A DNA stretch of 64,000 bases, from NCBI GenBank assembly GCA_041674765.1, contig JBAYVE010000001.1, forward strand, positions 2,321-66,320, given 5' to 3'. Made by a program: the position numbers and the translations under genes. This DNA is from Patescibacteria group bacterium (GTDB lineage Bacteria; Patescibacteriota; UBA1384; XYA2-FULL-43-10; 1-14-0-10-43-13). Of the stretch, positions 8,911 to 19,100 are shown piece after piece (position 1 is the first letter of the stretch; the number at the start of each line of letters is the position of its first letter). Under the pieces are notes generated by a model. It was given only the letters and a program-made list of their open reading frames with translations, made no database searches and had not been told where the DNA came from.

Positions 8911-9203
8911 TATGTTTAGGGTCTTTTTTGCCGACAGATATGGTATTTATTTAAACAGCCCACCACATGGGCCGTTAAAGTTATTATCGAATTATTTGCT
9001 TTTTGTGCTATTTCAAGTACTATTTGACCACGGGAAAGGTCTAGACCCACACGTCCCGCCAGTTGACCCGTCATAAATAAGTTTATTCCTCACTCCCAGT
9101 AGGCCAATAATTTGAAATTAGCTTGTGGCAGGGCAGATTCTTATAGCAAGCCATGCTCTTATTAAACGGCCTACGTCAATCAGGGGGAAATTGGAGAGCC
9201 ATT

Positions 9204-9233
9204 AAAAAAAGACCTCTTTCGAGGTCTTTTTTT
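9204..9233. terminator. Bidirectional rho-independent terminator (A7-GACCTC-TTTC-GAGGTC-T7), ends yidC
   Basis: Perfect 6-bp stem at 9211-9216 and 9221-9226, flanked by an A-run and a T-run, immediately after the yidC stop. Confidence 0.7.
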
Positions 9234-10158
9234 ATTTCTTGGTTCTGACGGTCACATTCACGCCGAGCTTCTTCTCAGTCTTATCAAGCCGCTTTTCATT
9301 TATCTTAGCAAGCCAATCCTTTTTCTTCTTCGGCGCTCCCAATAAACTATGTTTTTCTGCTGCCTTCAGTTCGCGGTCGATCTCCTGAACCACAGGATCA
9401 CTGTCAAGTTCCTTCCGAGCCTCCGCTCTCTCTTTTTTGTTATTTAGGATTTGTTTGTTGACATAAAGCTGCTGAACAATACTAAATACGGTAGTAACAA
9501 TCCAGTAAATAACTAGAGCCGCCGGCATTGATCTGCCAAAGAAAAGAGTAAAGACTGCCGGTAGAAAAAGCATTTGCTTGTTCATCATAGCCATAGGATC
9601 CTTTGGCTCGTCCTCGGCCTTCTTGTTTTTATCCTTTCTCGGCATCATCAGATAAGAGAGTCCCATCTGTAAGACTGCTGCGACTATCGGTAAAATCCAC
9701 TTATCAGGCTCAGAAAGATTGAAGCCCAAAAACATCTGGTTCATTGTTTCAGGATGGGGGATAAAGGAATATAAATCTTTGAAGCCTTCTTCGGTTAATC
9801 CGCTTCGAAAGACAGAGAAGAGAACCCAAAGAATCGGCAGTTGAATTAGGAGTGGCAGACATGAACCAAAAGGGGAGAAACCTTCTTCTTTGTACAGAGC
9901 CATCAACGCTGCTGATTGATCCTTCTGATCTTTGATCTCGCTCTTGATCTTATTAATCCGTGGTTGAAGTTCCATATTCTTGACTTGGGCGTGAGCAGCC
10001 TTCAGCGATGAAGGCAATAAAATAAGTCTGACAATAACCGTCAGAATAATAATCGCAACACCAATTGAATGACCCGGAACAGCCCATGCAAAAAGAATCA
10101 GCAAATTATATAACGGCTGATAAAGAAGAACGTGAAAAAAAGATTTAAATGCTTCCAT
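9232..10158 (-). CDS. yidC: Membrane protein insertase YidC (short monoderm type) with Lys-rich C-terminal tail
   Basis: Multi-TM core with conserved IVRLILLPSSLK...QP...; position downstream of rnpA-yidD; basic C-terminal tail. Confidence 0.85.
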   Translation of the reverse strand: MEAFKSFFHVLLYQPLYNLLILFAWAVPGHSIGVAIIILTVIVRLILLPSSLKAAHAQVKNMELQPRINKIKSEIKDQKDQSAALMALYKEEGFSPFGSCLPLLIQLPILWVLFSVFRSGLTEEGFKDLYSFIPHPETMNQMFLGFNLSEPDKWILPIVAAVLQMGLSYLMMPRKDKNKKAEDEPKDPMAMMNKQMLFLPAVFTLFFGRSMPAALVIYWIVTTVFSIVQQLYVNKQILNNKKERAEARKELDSDPVVQEIDRELKAAEKHSLLGAPKKKKDWLAKINEKRLDKTEKKLGVNVTVRTKK

Positions 10159-10183
10159 AAGATATAAATTAATTATTTATTGA

Positions 10184-10420
10184 TTATTTAATAGAGTCAA
10201 AACCGCCTTTACTCCATGGGTTGCAACGCAGAACACGCCAAGTTGATAAGGCCATGCCGTAAATAACACCTTTTTTTAGAATTGCTTCTTTGGCATACTC
10301 CGAGCAGGTTGGCGTAAACTTACAGTATCCGCCAGGATGACGATGCCTAAGCCAGCTATGATCAGGTGATAATGTTTTCTGGTATATGCCGATTAAAAAG
10401 ATAAGAAATTTCTTTATCAT
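10184..10420 (-). CDS. yidD: Membrane protein insertion efficiency factor YidD
   Basis: YQKTLSPDHSWLRHRHPGGYCKFTPTCSEYAKEAILKKGVIYGMALSTWRVLRCNPWSKGGFD is a canonical YidD sequence; overlaps rnpA by 4 nt. Confidence 0.85.
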   Translation of the reverse strand: MIKKFLIFLIGIYQKTLSPDHSWLRHRHPGGYCKFTPTCSEYAKEAILKKGVIYGMALSTWRVLRCNPWSKGGFDSIK

Positions 10421-10767
10421 TTTATCGCCCCAATTCTAGAAAGCCCGCAGGTAAGGTCTTTCTTGATATCTTCCCTGACCCGATCACCAGAGTAAGCCTC
10501 TTTTATCCCGATTATAATATCGAGTCCGCCTTTAATCTCCGATAGGTTATCCAGAATAAGCGCTCGTAATTGCCGCCGAAGAAAGTTACGCCTAGTAGCC
10601 CTTTTGTCAATCTTATTACTGATAATAAAACCAAACCGCGTAAGCGTCTGACTATTTGGATTTTGAGCAGCCCTAAGATAAAGATGGCCTGAGTAAACCG
10701 GCTTTGATAACTTAAATACTTTTTGAAAGTCTCTCTGCTTCTGTAAACGATTGTTCTTCTTAAGCAT
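10417..10767 (-). CDS. rnpA: Ribonuclease P protein component RnpA
   Basis: Basic about 116-aa protein NRLQKQRDFQKVFKLSKPVYSGHLYLRAAQNPNSQTLTRFGFIISNKIDKRATRRNFLRRQLR; position between rpmH and yidD. Confidence 0.8.
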   Translation of the reverse strand: MLKKNNRLQKQRDFQKVFKLSKPVYSGHLYLRAAQNPNSQTLTRFGFIISNKIDKRATRRNFLRRQLRALILDNLSEIKGGLDIIIGIKEAYSGDRVREDIKKDLTCGLSRIGAIK

Positions 10768-10870
10768 AGAATTACACTATCATTTAAGGCTGCTGATTGC
10801 AAAGTAAAAAGCGCTATATCCTAGATCAGACTCTGAGTTCATAAAAAAATGAGCTAAAAGCTCATTTTCC

Positions 10871-11005
10871 TTAGGCAGATAGAGTTTTCCGGCCTTTGGC
10901 TCGTCTGCGTTTCAACACAAGACGGCCAGCCAGGCTGGACATTCTCTTCAAAAAACCGTGTCTCTTTGATCTTTTTCTTTTGTTTGGTTGGAAAGTTCTT
11001 TTCAT
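10871..11005 (-). CDS. rpmH: 50S ribosomal protein L34 (45 aa), missed by the ORF track because it is under 60 aa
   Basis: Hand translation of the minus strand gives [44 protein letters not shown], a near-consensus L34; canonical position upstream of rnpA. Confidence 0.9.
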   Translation of the reverse strand: MKRTFQPNKRKRSKRHGFLKRMSSLAGRLVLKRRRAKGRKTLSA

Positions 11006-11426
11006 AGTAACCATATTTATAACATAATTTTCGACTCATTTCAACCCATAGAAACGTGGTTCCGAAAACCTTACTTTTTCCCTGTTTCTTATTGTTCGAG
11101 GAGGAACGACGAGAACTTTGGTCACTTATTAGTACAGCGACAGACTTCTCATTTCAAAGAGCACCATTCGAAGAATAAATACATTTAATAGGGTTTTAGG
11201 GAATCACAAATAGAAACTACGGTTTGGATTACAGCAAATATTCTGGTAGTGATTCATTTACTACCTTCCCGCTGCACCCGTACAACCAGACTACACCATA
11301 TATCATCCAAACCCAACGTTGCCATTACTGCCGAACTACTTGATACCTCACTCCCTAGATGTTTAATTTCTTTACCACTCTCTTACTGGATAATTTATGC
11401 TTCGAAACGCGCTGTATTGCATACCT

Positions 11427-11435
11427 TGTGGATAA
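11427..11435 (-). promoter_or_regulatory. Perfect DnaA box (TGTGGATAA, reverse complement of TTATCCACA) 40 nt upstream of dnaA
   Basis: Exact 9-mer consensus read in the sequence; likely dnaA autoregulation or an origin element. Confidence 0.5.
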
Positions 11436-11473
11436 CTTGATAATATTTTGAAGACGAAACAACTTACAATTGG

Positions 11474-12868
11474 ATGCTTATGGATTTAGTAGATTTATGG
11501 CGTAACGCCCTAGGAGAGTTACAGATTACCCTGTCGAAGCCAAGCTTTGAAACTTGGTTCAAGAACACTTTCATTTTTGAGTTTAAAAAAGGAAACTTTA
11601 CGATTGGTGTGCCGACTTTCTTCGTTGAGGACTGGCTAAAGAAGAAGTATATCAAAGAGATAATGCGAGCGCTACAAAAACAGATCGATGAGCCGATCAT
11701 AGCCATCAAATTTAAAATAGCCATACCCGCCCCAGAACAGGTTATCGCCTTTGATAAGAACAAAGTTATCCACAAGCCTGTGGACAAACGGTCCGAAGCG
11801 GTAGCTGTTATTTCTCCACCGAGCTTTCCCAAAAGCGCCAACCTAAATGATAGTTATGTTTTTGAAAACTTTGTAGTCGGCCAATCAAATCAATTAGCGT
11901 TTGCTGCTGCACAAGCAGTCGCCAAGGGTCCGGGAACTCTTTACAACCCTCTCTTTATCTATGGAGACTCAGGACTCGGCAAAACTCATCTGATGCAAGC
12001 AATTGGACATGAACTCCTAAAGGACCATCCCAATAAACAGGTTCTTTACGTCTCGACCGAAACATTTGTCAACGATTTTATTCAGGCTGTCGGATCGGGT
12101 TTTGGCAAGGCAAAGGATTTTAAGAACAGATACCGCAATGTGGATCTATTACTAATCGATGATATCCAATTCCTCTCAACCAAAGAACAGACTCAGGACG
12201 AGTTTTTCCACACATTCAACCATCTTCATCAGAACAAAAAACAGGTCGTCCTGACATCAGATAGGACACCTAAAGATATCAAAGGATTGGAATCCAGACT
12301 CAAGACAAGGTTCGAAGGAGGTATGGTCTGCGATATTTCCTACCCCGATCTGGAAACAAGAGAAGCAATTCTACAGCACAAAGCGGTCCAGCTAAATAAG
12401 GTTGTTGACCCCGGGGTGATTACCTTCATCGCCGAAGTCGTTAAATCTTCTGTTCGGGAGCTGGAGGGAGCTCTCAATAAAATAATCGCCACTTGTGAGC
12501 TTACCAATACTGCCCTGACACTAGAGAAAGCAGCCGAAATTCTAGATAACATTATCGAAGATAAAAAGACTGTCATTACTTCCGACTTGGTAATTCGGGA
12601 GGTGCACAAGTATTATAAATTACCAATCGAAGAGATCATCAGCAAAAAAAGGACAAAAGAATTGGTATTACCGAGACAAATAACCATGTACCTTTTACGT
12701 CATGAATGCGGGCTGTCCTTTCCGGAGATAGGCAGAGAGATGGGTGGTAAGGATCATTCCACTATCATGCATGGTTGCAACAAGATAGAAGCATGTATCT
12801 CCAGCAACAACCGAGTTAAAGAGGATCTGAATAACTTAAAGGAACAAATATTTTCCGGGTACCGGTAA
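11474..12868 (+). CDS. dnaA: Chromosomal replication initiator DnaA
   Basis: AAA+ Walker A GDSGLGKTHL; Walker B LLLIDDIQF; C-terminal DNA-binding helix-turn-helix region ...LPRQITMYLLRHECGLSFPEIGREMGGKDHSTIMHGCNKIE. Confidence 0.95.
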   Translation: MLMDLVDLWRNALGELQITLSKPSFETWFKNTFIFEFKKGNFTIGVPTFFVEDWLKKKYIKEIMRALQKQIDEPIIAIKFKIAIPAPEQVIAFDKNKVIHKPVDKRSEAVAVISPPSFPKSANLNDSYVFENFVVGQSNQLAFAAAQAVAKGPGTLYNPLFIYGDSGLGKTHLMQAIGHELLKDHPNKQVLYVSTETFVNDFIQAVGSGFGKAKDFKNRYRNVDLLLIDDIQFLSTKEQTQDEFFHTFNHLHQNKKQVVLTSDRTPKDIKGLESRLKTRFEGGMVCDISYPDLETREAILQHKAVQLNKVVDPGVITFIAEVVKSSVRELEGALNKIIATCELTNTALTLEKAAEILDNIIEDKKTVITSDLVIREVHKYYKLPIEEIISKKRTKELVLPRQITMYLLRHECGLSFPEIGREMGGKDHSTIMHGCNKIEACISSNNRVKEDLNNLKEQIFSGYR

Positions 12869-13292
12869 TAAAATAATAGCTTATTTAAGTAATAGTAATA
12901 ATAAGGGGTGTGGATACTGTGGGCAATTGAAAAAATCCTATGCCAGAGCTATAAACAAGAGCAATGATCTGTGGAAAAACCTGGAAATAACAAAGTTGAT
13001 AAACAGTTGATAAGTGACAAACTATTTTCAGAAATAGGTTAGAAGACCCTTTATACACTTTTTATCCACCAGGCTCTCTCGAATAACCGGTAGTTCTGTC
13101 CACAGGTCTTACCGGTAGGTGGAAAAAAGCCAATATAGAACAGCTAAATTGCGTCAGGACTTATTCACAGTTTTTATAGGAAGTGTTGATAACATCAAAG
13201 ACAGTTCGTAAAGTTGAAAAATTTATAAGTTGTTGAAGTGATCGCTTGTCTTAAAATTTTTTACTTTACGAATTAAGAATATGAGGAGCACA
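12869..13292. promoter_or_regulatory. Candidate oriC: dnaA-dnaN spacer with clustered DnaA-box-like 9-mers and an AT-rich stretch abutting dnaN
   Basis: TGTGGATAC at 12909-12917; TTATCCACC at 13062-13070; CTGTCCACA at 13096-13104; TTATTCACA at 13161-13169; TGTTGATAA at 13184-13192; AT-rich region 13200-13280. Confidence 0.5.
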
Positions 13293-14396
13293 ATGAAAAT
13301 AGTATTGCTGCAATCGAATTTTGCAAAAGCGCTGAACCAGGTATCCAGAGTCGTCGGGGCCCGTACGACCCTACCTGTTTTGAGTAATGTTTTGTTATCT
13401 GCCAAAAAAGGCAAGATAAGACTCTCTGCGACCGATCTGGAAGTTGGTATCACAACTCAGACTGTCGGCAAGATAGAAGAAGAGGGTGAGCTGACCTTGC
13501 CGGCCAGACTGCTATCTGATTTTATCTCAAATAATAAAGACGAGTCGATTGAGATTACTACAGAAGGAATGGTCGCCACCTTGAAGTCAAGTCATTTCGA
13601 GGCAACAATCCAAGGGATTTCTGCCGAGGAGTTTCCGACAGTTCCAGAAGCCCCGAAGGAGTATTATTCTTCTGTTAAAAGAGGGGAATTGGCTGACGCG
13701 TTGAAAAAGGTAAATCTAGCGGCTGCCAATGACGAATCAAGGCCGGCGCTAGCAGGTGTTTTTTGGCAATTTGACTCGGGTGCCCTGACTTTAGCGGCGA
13801 CAGATTCATACCGTTTGGCCGAGAAGAAACTAATTCTAGAGAAGAATGTAGAGAAAAAAGATATTATTATTCCAGGTAGGACGATGAATGAAATTGCCCG
13901 GTTATTGGGAGCTGAGGAGGTTGAAGATGTCCTGTTGGCGGTCGCAGATAATCAAGTAACATTTAAGGTAGGGGATATTTTGATCGTCTCCAGACTCATT
14001 GAGGGTGTGTTCCCCAACTATAGGCAGATTATTCCAACCGGTTATAAAACAACAGTGAAAGCCGGTCTATCAGGACTTCAGTCAGCTGTTAAAATGTCTT
14101 CTCTGTTCGCCAAGGACTCGGCTAACAATAATATTAAACTTGTGGTCGATAAGGTGCTAACAGTGGTCTCATCGGTATCTCAGACTGGCAGCGCAAAATC
14201 AACGGTGGATGCCGAAATTTCCGGTACCGGTCTGACAATAGCCTTCAACGCTAGATATGTCCTTGATGTTCTCTCGGTTATCGGTGGGGACAAAGTGATC
14301 TTTCAGTTTAATGAAAGTAGTTCTGCTGCCCTAATCAAATCTGAGAAAGACGAGAATTACAACTATATTATAATGCCGTTGAAGGCTGAGAGCTAG
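13293..14396 (+). CDS. dnaN: DNA polymerase III beta sliding clamp DnaN (start at the second ATG, 13293, which has an AGGAG SD)
   Basis: MKIVLLQSNFAKALNQVSRVV...LPVLSNVLLSAKKGKIRLSATDLE is a canonical DnaN N-terminus; follows dnaA. Confidence 0.9.
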   Translation: MKIVLLQSNFAKALNQVSRVVGARTTLPVLSNVLLSAKKGKIRLSATDLEVGITTQTVGKIEEEGELTLPARLLSDFISNNKDESIEITTEGMVATLKSSHFEATIQGISAEEFPTVPEAPKEYYSSVKRGELADALKKVNLAAANDESRPALAGVFWQFDSGALTLAATDSYRLAEKKLILEKNVEKKDIIIPGRTMNEIARLLGAEEVEDVLLAVADNQVTFKVGDILIVSRLIEGVFPNYRQIIPTGYKTTVKAGLSGLQSAVKMSSLFAKDSANNNIKLVVDKVLTVVSSVSQTGSAKSTVDAEISGTGLTIAFNARYVLDVLSVIGGDKVIFQFNESSSAALIKSEKDENYNYIIMPLKAES

Positions 14397-14469
14397 TATT
14401 AACTAAAAAGTAAAAACGAAAAAGTTAAAATTAGTGTGTTCGTATCACAAACGAGTTATTTATATATTC

Positions 14470-14484
14470 AGCCACGAAGTGGCT
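14470..14484 (+). terminator. Perfect 6-bp hairpin AGCCAC-GAA-GTGGCT after dnaN; weak terminator (poor U-tract)
   Basis: Read in sequence; followed by cttttacattttt. Confidence 0.25.
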
Positions 14485-14516
14485 ACTAAACTTTTACATT
14501 TTTACCTTTAACAAAA

Positions 14517-15575
14517 ATGTTAAAACACTTGAAATTAGAGAACTATCGCAATCATCAGCAACTGGAGATTGAACTGTCGGAAATAACGGTTTTGATCGGA
14601 AGGAACGGGGCCGGTAAAAGCAATATCTTAGAAGCGATTGCAATGCTGTCCTTCTGCCGTTCTTTTCGTGATGACGCGAAGAAGAATGTTGTCTTTTTTG
14701 AAGCCGATTATGCAAGAATTCGGAGTGGTGAATTGGAGGTCTTTATACAGAAGAATCCGGTTTTTCTATTGAAACCAAAAAGCAAAGGAGTTGCCAGAAA
14801 ACAATCGGAGTTTATCGGCCAGCTCCGCTGTGTTATTTTTTCACCGGAGTCCTTAGAGCTGGTGTCAGGCTCGCCAAAACAGAGAAGACGGTTCTTGGAT
14901 ATAATGATAAGTCAGAGGAATCCGGAGTATCTAAATGCATTGATCGCCTATGAAAAGGTGCGGTCGGAGCGGAATTCGCTTTTGTTAATGATTCTACAAC
15001 ATAGGGCTTCCGAACCGGAATTGGATTTCTGGGATAATGAGATTGCCAAATATGGGCAGATTATTATCGGAGAAAGGCAGAAAGCGATCGGCCTGGTCAA
15101 TGAATTAATTTCAACTATCTATGGGAAAATATCAGGGAGCCCCAATGATCATCTTAGAATCGAATATGAGTCGAACGCCATCGGAGAAGATTATCTAGGT
15201 GGATTAGCAGCGACGAGGAGGAGAGAAATAGCGGCCGCTCGTACCGTTTTTGGCCCTCACCGTGATGACTTCAGATTTATATTAAACAATCATGATATGG
15301 GAAATTTTGCCTCGAGAGGAGAGACTAAATCTGCTGTCTTAGCTTTGAAGATGGCGGAGCTGGCTTTTCTAACAAACAGTTCCAAGGAAAAACCGATTTT
15401 ACTTTTGGATGATGTTTTCTCAGAATTTGACCAGTATCGCCGAAAACAATTAATAGAGGTTGTCCAAGGTTATCAAACGGTAATCTCAACAACCGACCGC
15501 AGTAATCTTTCGGAGCAACTTTTAAGCCATGCTAAAATTATTCAGTTAGCACAGTGTAATTCACAGAATTTTTAA
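14517..15575 (+). CDS. recF: DNA replication and repair protein RecF
   Basis: LKLENYRNHQQLEIELSEITVLIGRNGAGKSNILEAI (Walker A) and signature near the C-terminus; follows dnaN. Confidence 0.9.
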   Translation: MLKHLKLENYRNHQQLEIELSEITVLIGRNGAGKSNILEAIAMLSFCRSFRDDAKKNVVFFEADYARIRSGELEVFIQKNPVFLLKPKSKGVARKQSEFIGQLRCVIFSPESLELVSGSPKQRRRFLDIMISQRNPEYLNALIAYEKVRSERNSLLLMILQHRASEPELDFWDNEIAKYGQIIIGERQKAIGLVNELISTIYGKISGSPNDHLRIEYESNAIGEDYLGGLAATRRREIAAARTVFGPHRDDFRFILNNHDMGNFASRGETKSAVLALKMAELAFLTNSSKEKPILLLDDVFSEFDQYRRKQLIEVVQGYQTVISTTDRSNLSEQLLSHAKIIQLAQCNSQNF

Positions 15576-15577
15576 CT

Positions 15578-15874
15578 ATGAAAAAGATAGATAAGATTTT
15601 GAGCGATAGCCTAACCAAGAAAGGCATCGGACAGGCTGCCAAGAGCGCCCTGGTTTGTTTTTGGGCAGACAAGTGGGGAAACGGTCGTTTTTCCGTTATA
15701 AGCTTCCAAAACGGCATTTTGAAGGTTTCTGTGGAATCATCCCCGGCTGCATCTGAGTTAGAAATAGCTAAAGAGGATCTGATTGATGAGGTCAACAAAA
15801 AAGCAAACAAACGGATAGTTCGTCAGGTTAGAATTTTAGTCGGGAGACAAAGACGGGACTCTGTTCTAAATTAA
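15578..15874 (+). CDS. DUF721/DciA-like protein at the canonical position after recF
   Basis: Small basic protein immediately after recF (ATG overlaps the recF stop region); sequence fits DUF721-type (GIGQAAKSALVCFWADKW...SFQNGILKVSVESSP). Confidence 0.55.
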   Translation: MKKIDKILSDSLTKKGIGQAAKSALVCFWADKWGNGRFSVISFQNGILKVSVESSPAASELEIAKEDLIDEVNKKANKRIVRQVRILVGRQRRDSVLN

Positions 15875-16173
15875 AGAATCCAGCCGTCCAAGAGAGAGCA
15901 GAGAAGCACCGGAAACTAGAATTATCCCATTAGAAAAGAACTAATTGAATTGATCTTGGGTATGTCAAAAGTCTTTGAATCGAAATAACACTGTCATTTC
16001 GACCCCTCGATGTGTTGTCTAGGTTGGAGAAATCTTTGGAGAGTCAATACTTATGGTTTGCTAAATCTCTTTGGTTAATTAGCACCGCTCGAGGCGACAA
16101 AAAAAGTTCTATTTTATTAACCCAAATAAACCACCCCTAGCCCCTCCTTGAAAAGGAAGGGAATGTAACGGGA

Positions 16174-19100
16174 TTAGAACCCTACATGCGTCCAGACGGT
16201 CGTTTGGGTGTTGGCCCAGAGACCCTCTTTTGTTTTTGCTTTGCCCTCGCTATCAAAGCCAAGGCAGATGCCGTTGACAGCCAAAGCGTCTTTGCCAAGG
16301 CGTTGCTGGCAGATATTAGTCGAAACCATGTCATTCCAAAAAGTGACATCCTCTGAACGTCCAGTCATTATTTGTGTTGGGATAAGGGCTTCGCCGGTCG
16401 AATCGTTGTATTTACTGTCGTACTGAATAGAAAGGACGTCTCCGATCAATCTCCTGGCCTTATATTGAGCCGCTAGAATTTTCTTTTTTTCCAATGTCTT
16501 ATTCAGGGCTGATGAATGGGCGGCATTTCCGCCGAAAACGCCTATGCCGGAGATATCATTTTTTTGCATTGCAGAGGAAGGAATTGTAAAATTATTCACC
16601 GGTGTATCAAGAAGGGATAAAGGATCACCCGACAAATTTATGTTTTGGTTTCCAGAAGATCTGCCGCTAAGTTTATCCCAGAAACTAGAAGGAGGAGAAG
16701 AGTCCTTATAAGGGTAATATCCATCAACAGAGCACCAATACTCAACACGGTAAGTAGAGAAGAGATTGATGGCCAGAAAAGTCAGGAGTGTTATAGCGAT
16801 TGTTACCGGATCGACCATCGGAATTATCCAGGCGCCAGCGATAGCATGGGCTGCAATAGCGATACTGGCATATGCAGCGGTGCTTACTAACACCATCAGA
16901 CTACCTGGCACAAGATTTAAGTCCTCTTCCCAGCCCGAGATCGTTTCGCCAAGGTACTTTTCAACTAGATAATCAATCGTCATTTGAACAATAATCTGGA
17001 AGGCTGCAGCTCGAAGGGCTTTGGCATTATCAACTTTGATTTGCTCGACCGTTTCTGCGGCCTGGGCATTCTCCAGATTTGTTTGGAATCTTTGTACCTG
17101 GCCGGCCATGCCGGCGTTTACTGCCTCGTCATATAGCCGTTGGGCTTCTTGGACATTTTCGGTTGCAGTTTGAAGAGACTTTTGGGCGCTTCGAAGAGCC
17201 TGATTCGCTTTATAAGCGTCGATACCTGACTTCGCAAGTCTAAAGGATGTGCCTTCTGAGACACCGAGAGCCCTGTCAGCCCAATTAAATACTCTTCCGA
17301 CGCCCCAATTCACAATAGCCTGTCCGAGCGTTGGAACAGATGCTCCGCCGATAGTTTGATTGGCATTGCCCTGAATTCCTTCGAAGCTGAAGGAATTAAT
17401 ACCCCAGTCATTGGTTGAAAGTCCGACTAAAATTCCCTTGGCCATATCGGGAGTGATTGAGAAGCGAAAAATCTTCTCAAAGCCTTTAGCCATATAATTC
17501 GCAAAATATTGAAAAGACTGACCGTTGTTTACCTTGATTAGAGTCTCTAAGGCAGCCATATTGTTGCCTTGGATCATACTGCTAGCATAAACCAGAATAT
17601 CGCCCCACTCCTGAACATTCTTTACGGCGTCAAATTTGACGCCAAATAAGTGACCGTTTGTCACTCCTCGTTTGACATATTTGACGATAGCAGCAGTCTT
17701 GATTTCTCCATTGCCTTTTATAATTGCCTCTGCAAAGCCAGGATAAATATTTGTGTCCAGCTTCCAAAGTCCGATATCCAGAGCTCGGTATTCGAGAATC
17801 TCAATAGCACGGTTTTTGGCTGATCCATTGACATCTTGGACGTCTGCGGCGTTAGCTCTTGAAGGATCGTTTAGAGTGTTAAGTTTCCTCTCCAAAGGTT
17901 CTACTCTAATCGCCTGTTCATCTTGAATACACGAATTAATCTTATGTTGTTGCTCATACCTATCCGTACACGAGTTTTTAATCGAAGTATTTTCCCTATT
18001 TATCTGAGTTTGGAGATCGACTTTTGCCTGTTCATACTTTTCAGGGGTGTAGTCATACTGTCTTTCGACGGTGGCTTGCACACTTTCAACCGGTGATTTG
18101 AAAGCATCTACCTGACCGAGACAATCAATGCCTTTTGCAAAATCATTGCCGCCCGTCTTTGCGCATTCCGGAGCCCCCGGAGCGTACTCAGTTACCTCGG
18201 GATTGGCCGAGTTACCAGTAGCATCCTTGTAGGCTGCTAGTTTTTGAGCGCTTTTGGTAGATAGACCATAAATTGAGTTACGGATCATCTCATATGTGAT
18301 AAAAAACTCTGCCGGGATAGGAGTCTTTGTATCAACGCCATCGATTTTTTTGATTGCATAATTGGAGGTCAGTGCCATAGTAATAACGCTGATCGCTCTG
18401 TTGCTATCTCGGCCAAAGAGATCTTTCAAATCAGCGGTTGGGACATCAACGCCGATAAAAACACCGCCGATTGTTAAATTGGCAATCTTTTTATGCAGCT
18501 GTTCTATCGCTGCGTTTTGGAGCCAAAGCCGGGCCCGATCTGCCAAGACTTCATTTTTTGGAATTGTACCTTTATCGATATCCTGTTTTTGGGCAATCGA
18601 TCTTCTGGCCGTGATTTTGCATTCTGTCTCTTGTGCATTTAGAGCGTTGATTTGCAGTACGGCATCATCTCTGTCTGCTACGGCATTTTCATATTCATCT
18701 GAACCGACAACGGTCTTGGATATCTCTTTTTCTGCTCCCGACTTGATCAGCGCCAGTCTAAGTTGCTCATCTGCATAAGTGGCCCGACACTGATCATCGG
18801 CACTTTTTACATCAGTTGGCAGAAGGGCTTTATAAATTCCGCTAAAAGATGCTTGGCTGGTGCTATTTAGATCGGCCTGTTCATCAAGCTTGGCTGCTAT
18901 GACTCCCATCATCGTTGAATAGGCGGTATCAGGATTCTCGATTATACTTAAAATTGTGGTTTGCGGAATGCTCAATTTATCTGCAAGTTTATATTTGAAT
19001 AAATTAGTCAAACCGTCGAAGAGCAAGGCATAATTCTTATAATCAGGGTTACTACTCTCTCCAGATATAGAGAATGTTGGCGCAGTAAAGATTGCCCTGA

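Noticed and set aside
8852-9076. 74-aa ORF overlapping the 3' end of the GIY-YIG gene
   Set aside because: Overlaps a supported gene, lacks an RBS and has no recognisable features. The region more likely holds 3' UTR or terminator-associated structure.
10512-10802. 96-aa ORF overlapping rnpA in another frame
   Set aside because: Nested within the well-supported rnpA gene; no motifs; shadow ORF.
10854-11039. 61-aa minus-strand ORF
   Set aside because: Wrong frame. The same DNA encodes a textbook 45-aa ribosomal protein L34 in another minus-strand frame (10871-11005).
15875-16173. Hairpin CCCCTCCTT-GAAA-AGGAAGGG near the 3' end of the giant gene as a terminator
   Set aside because: One mismatch in the stem and no U-tract on either strand. 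It cannot be supported as a terminator from sequence alone.
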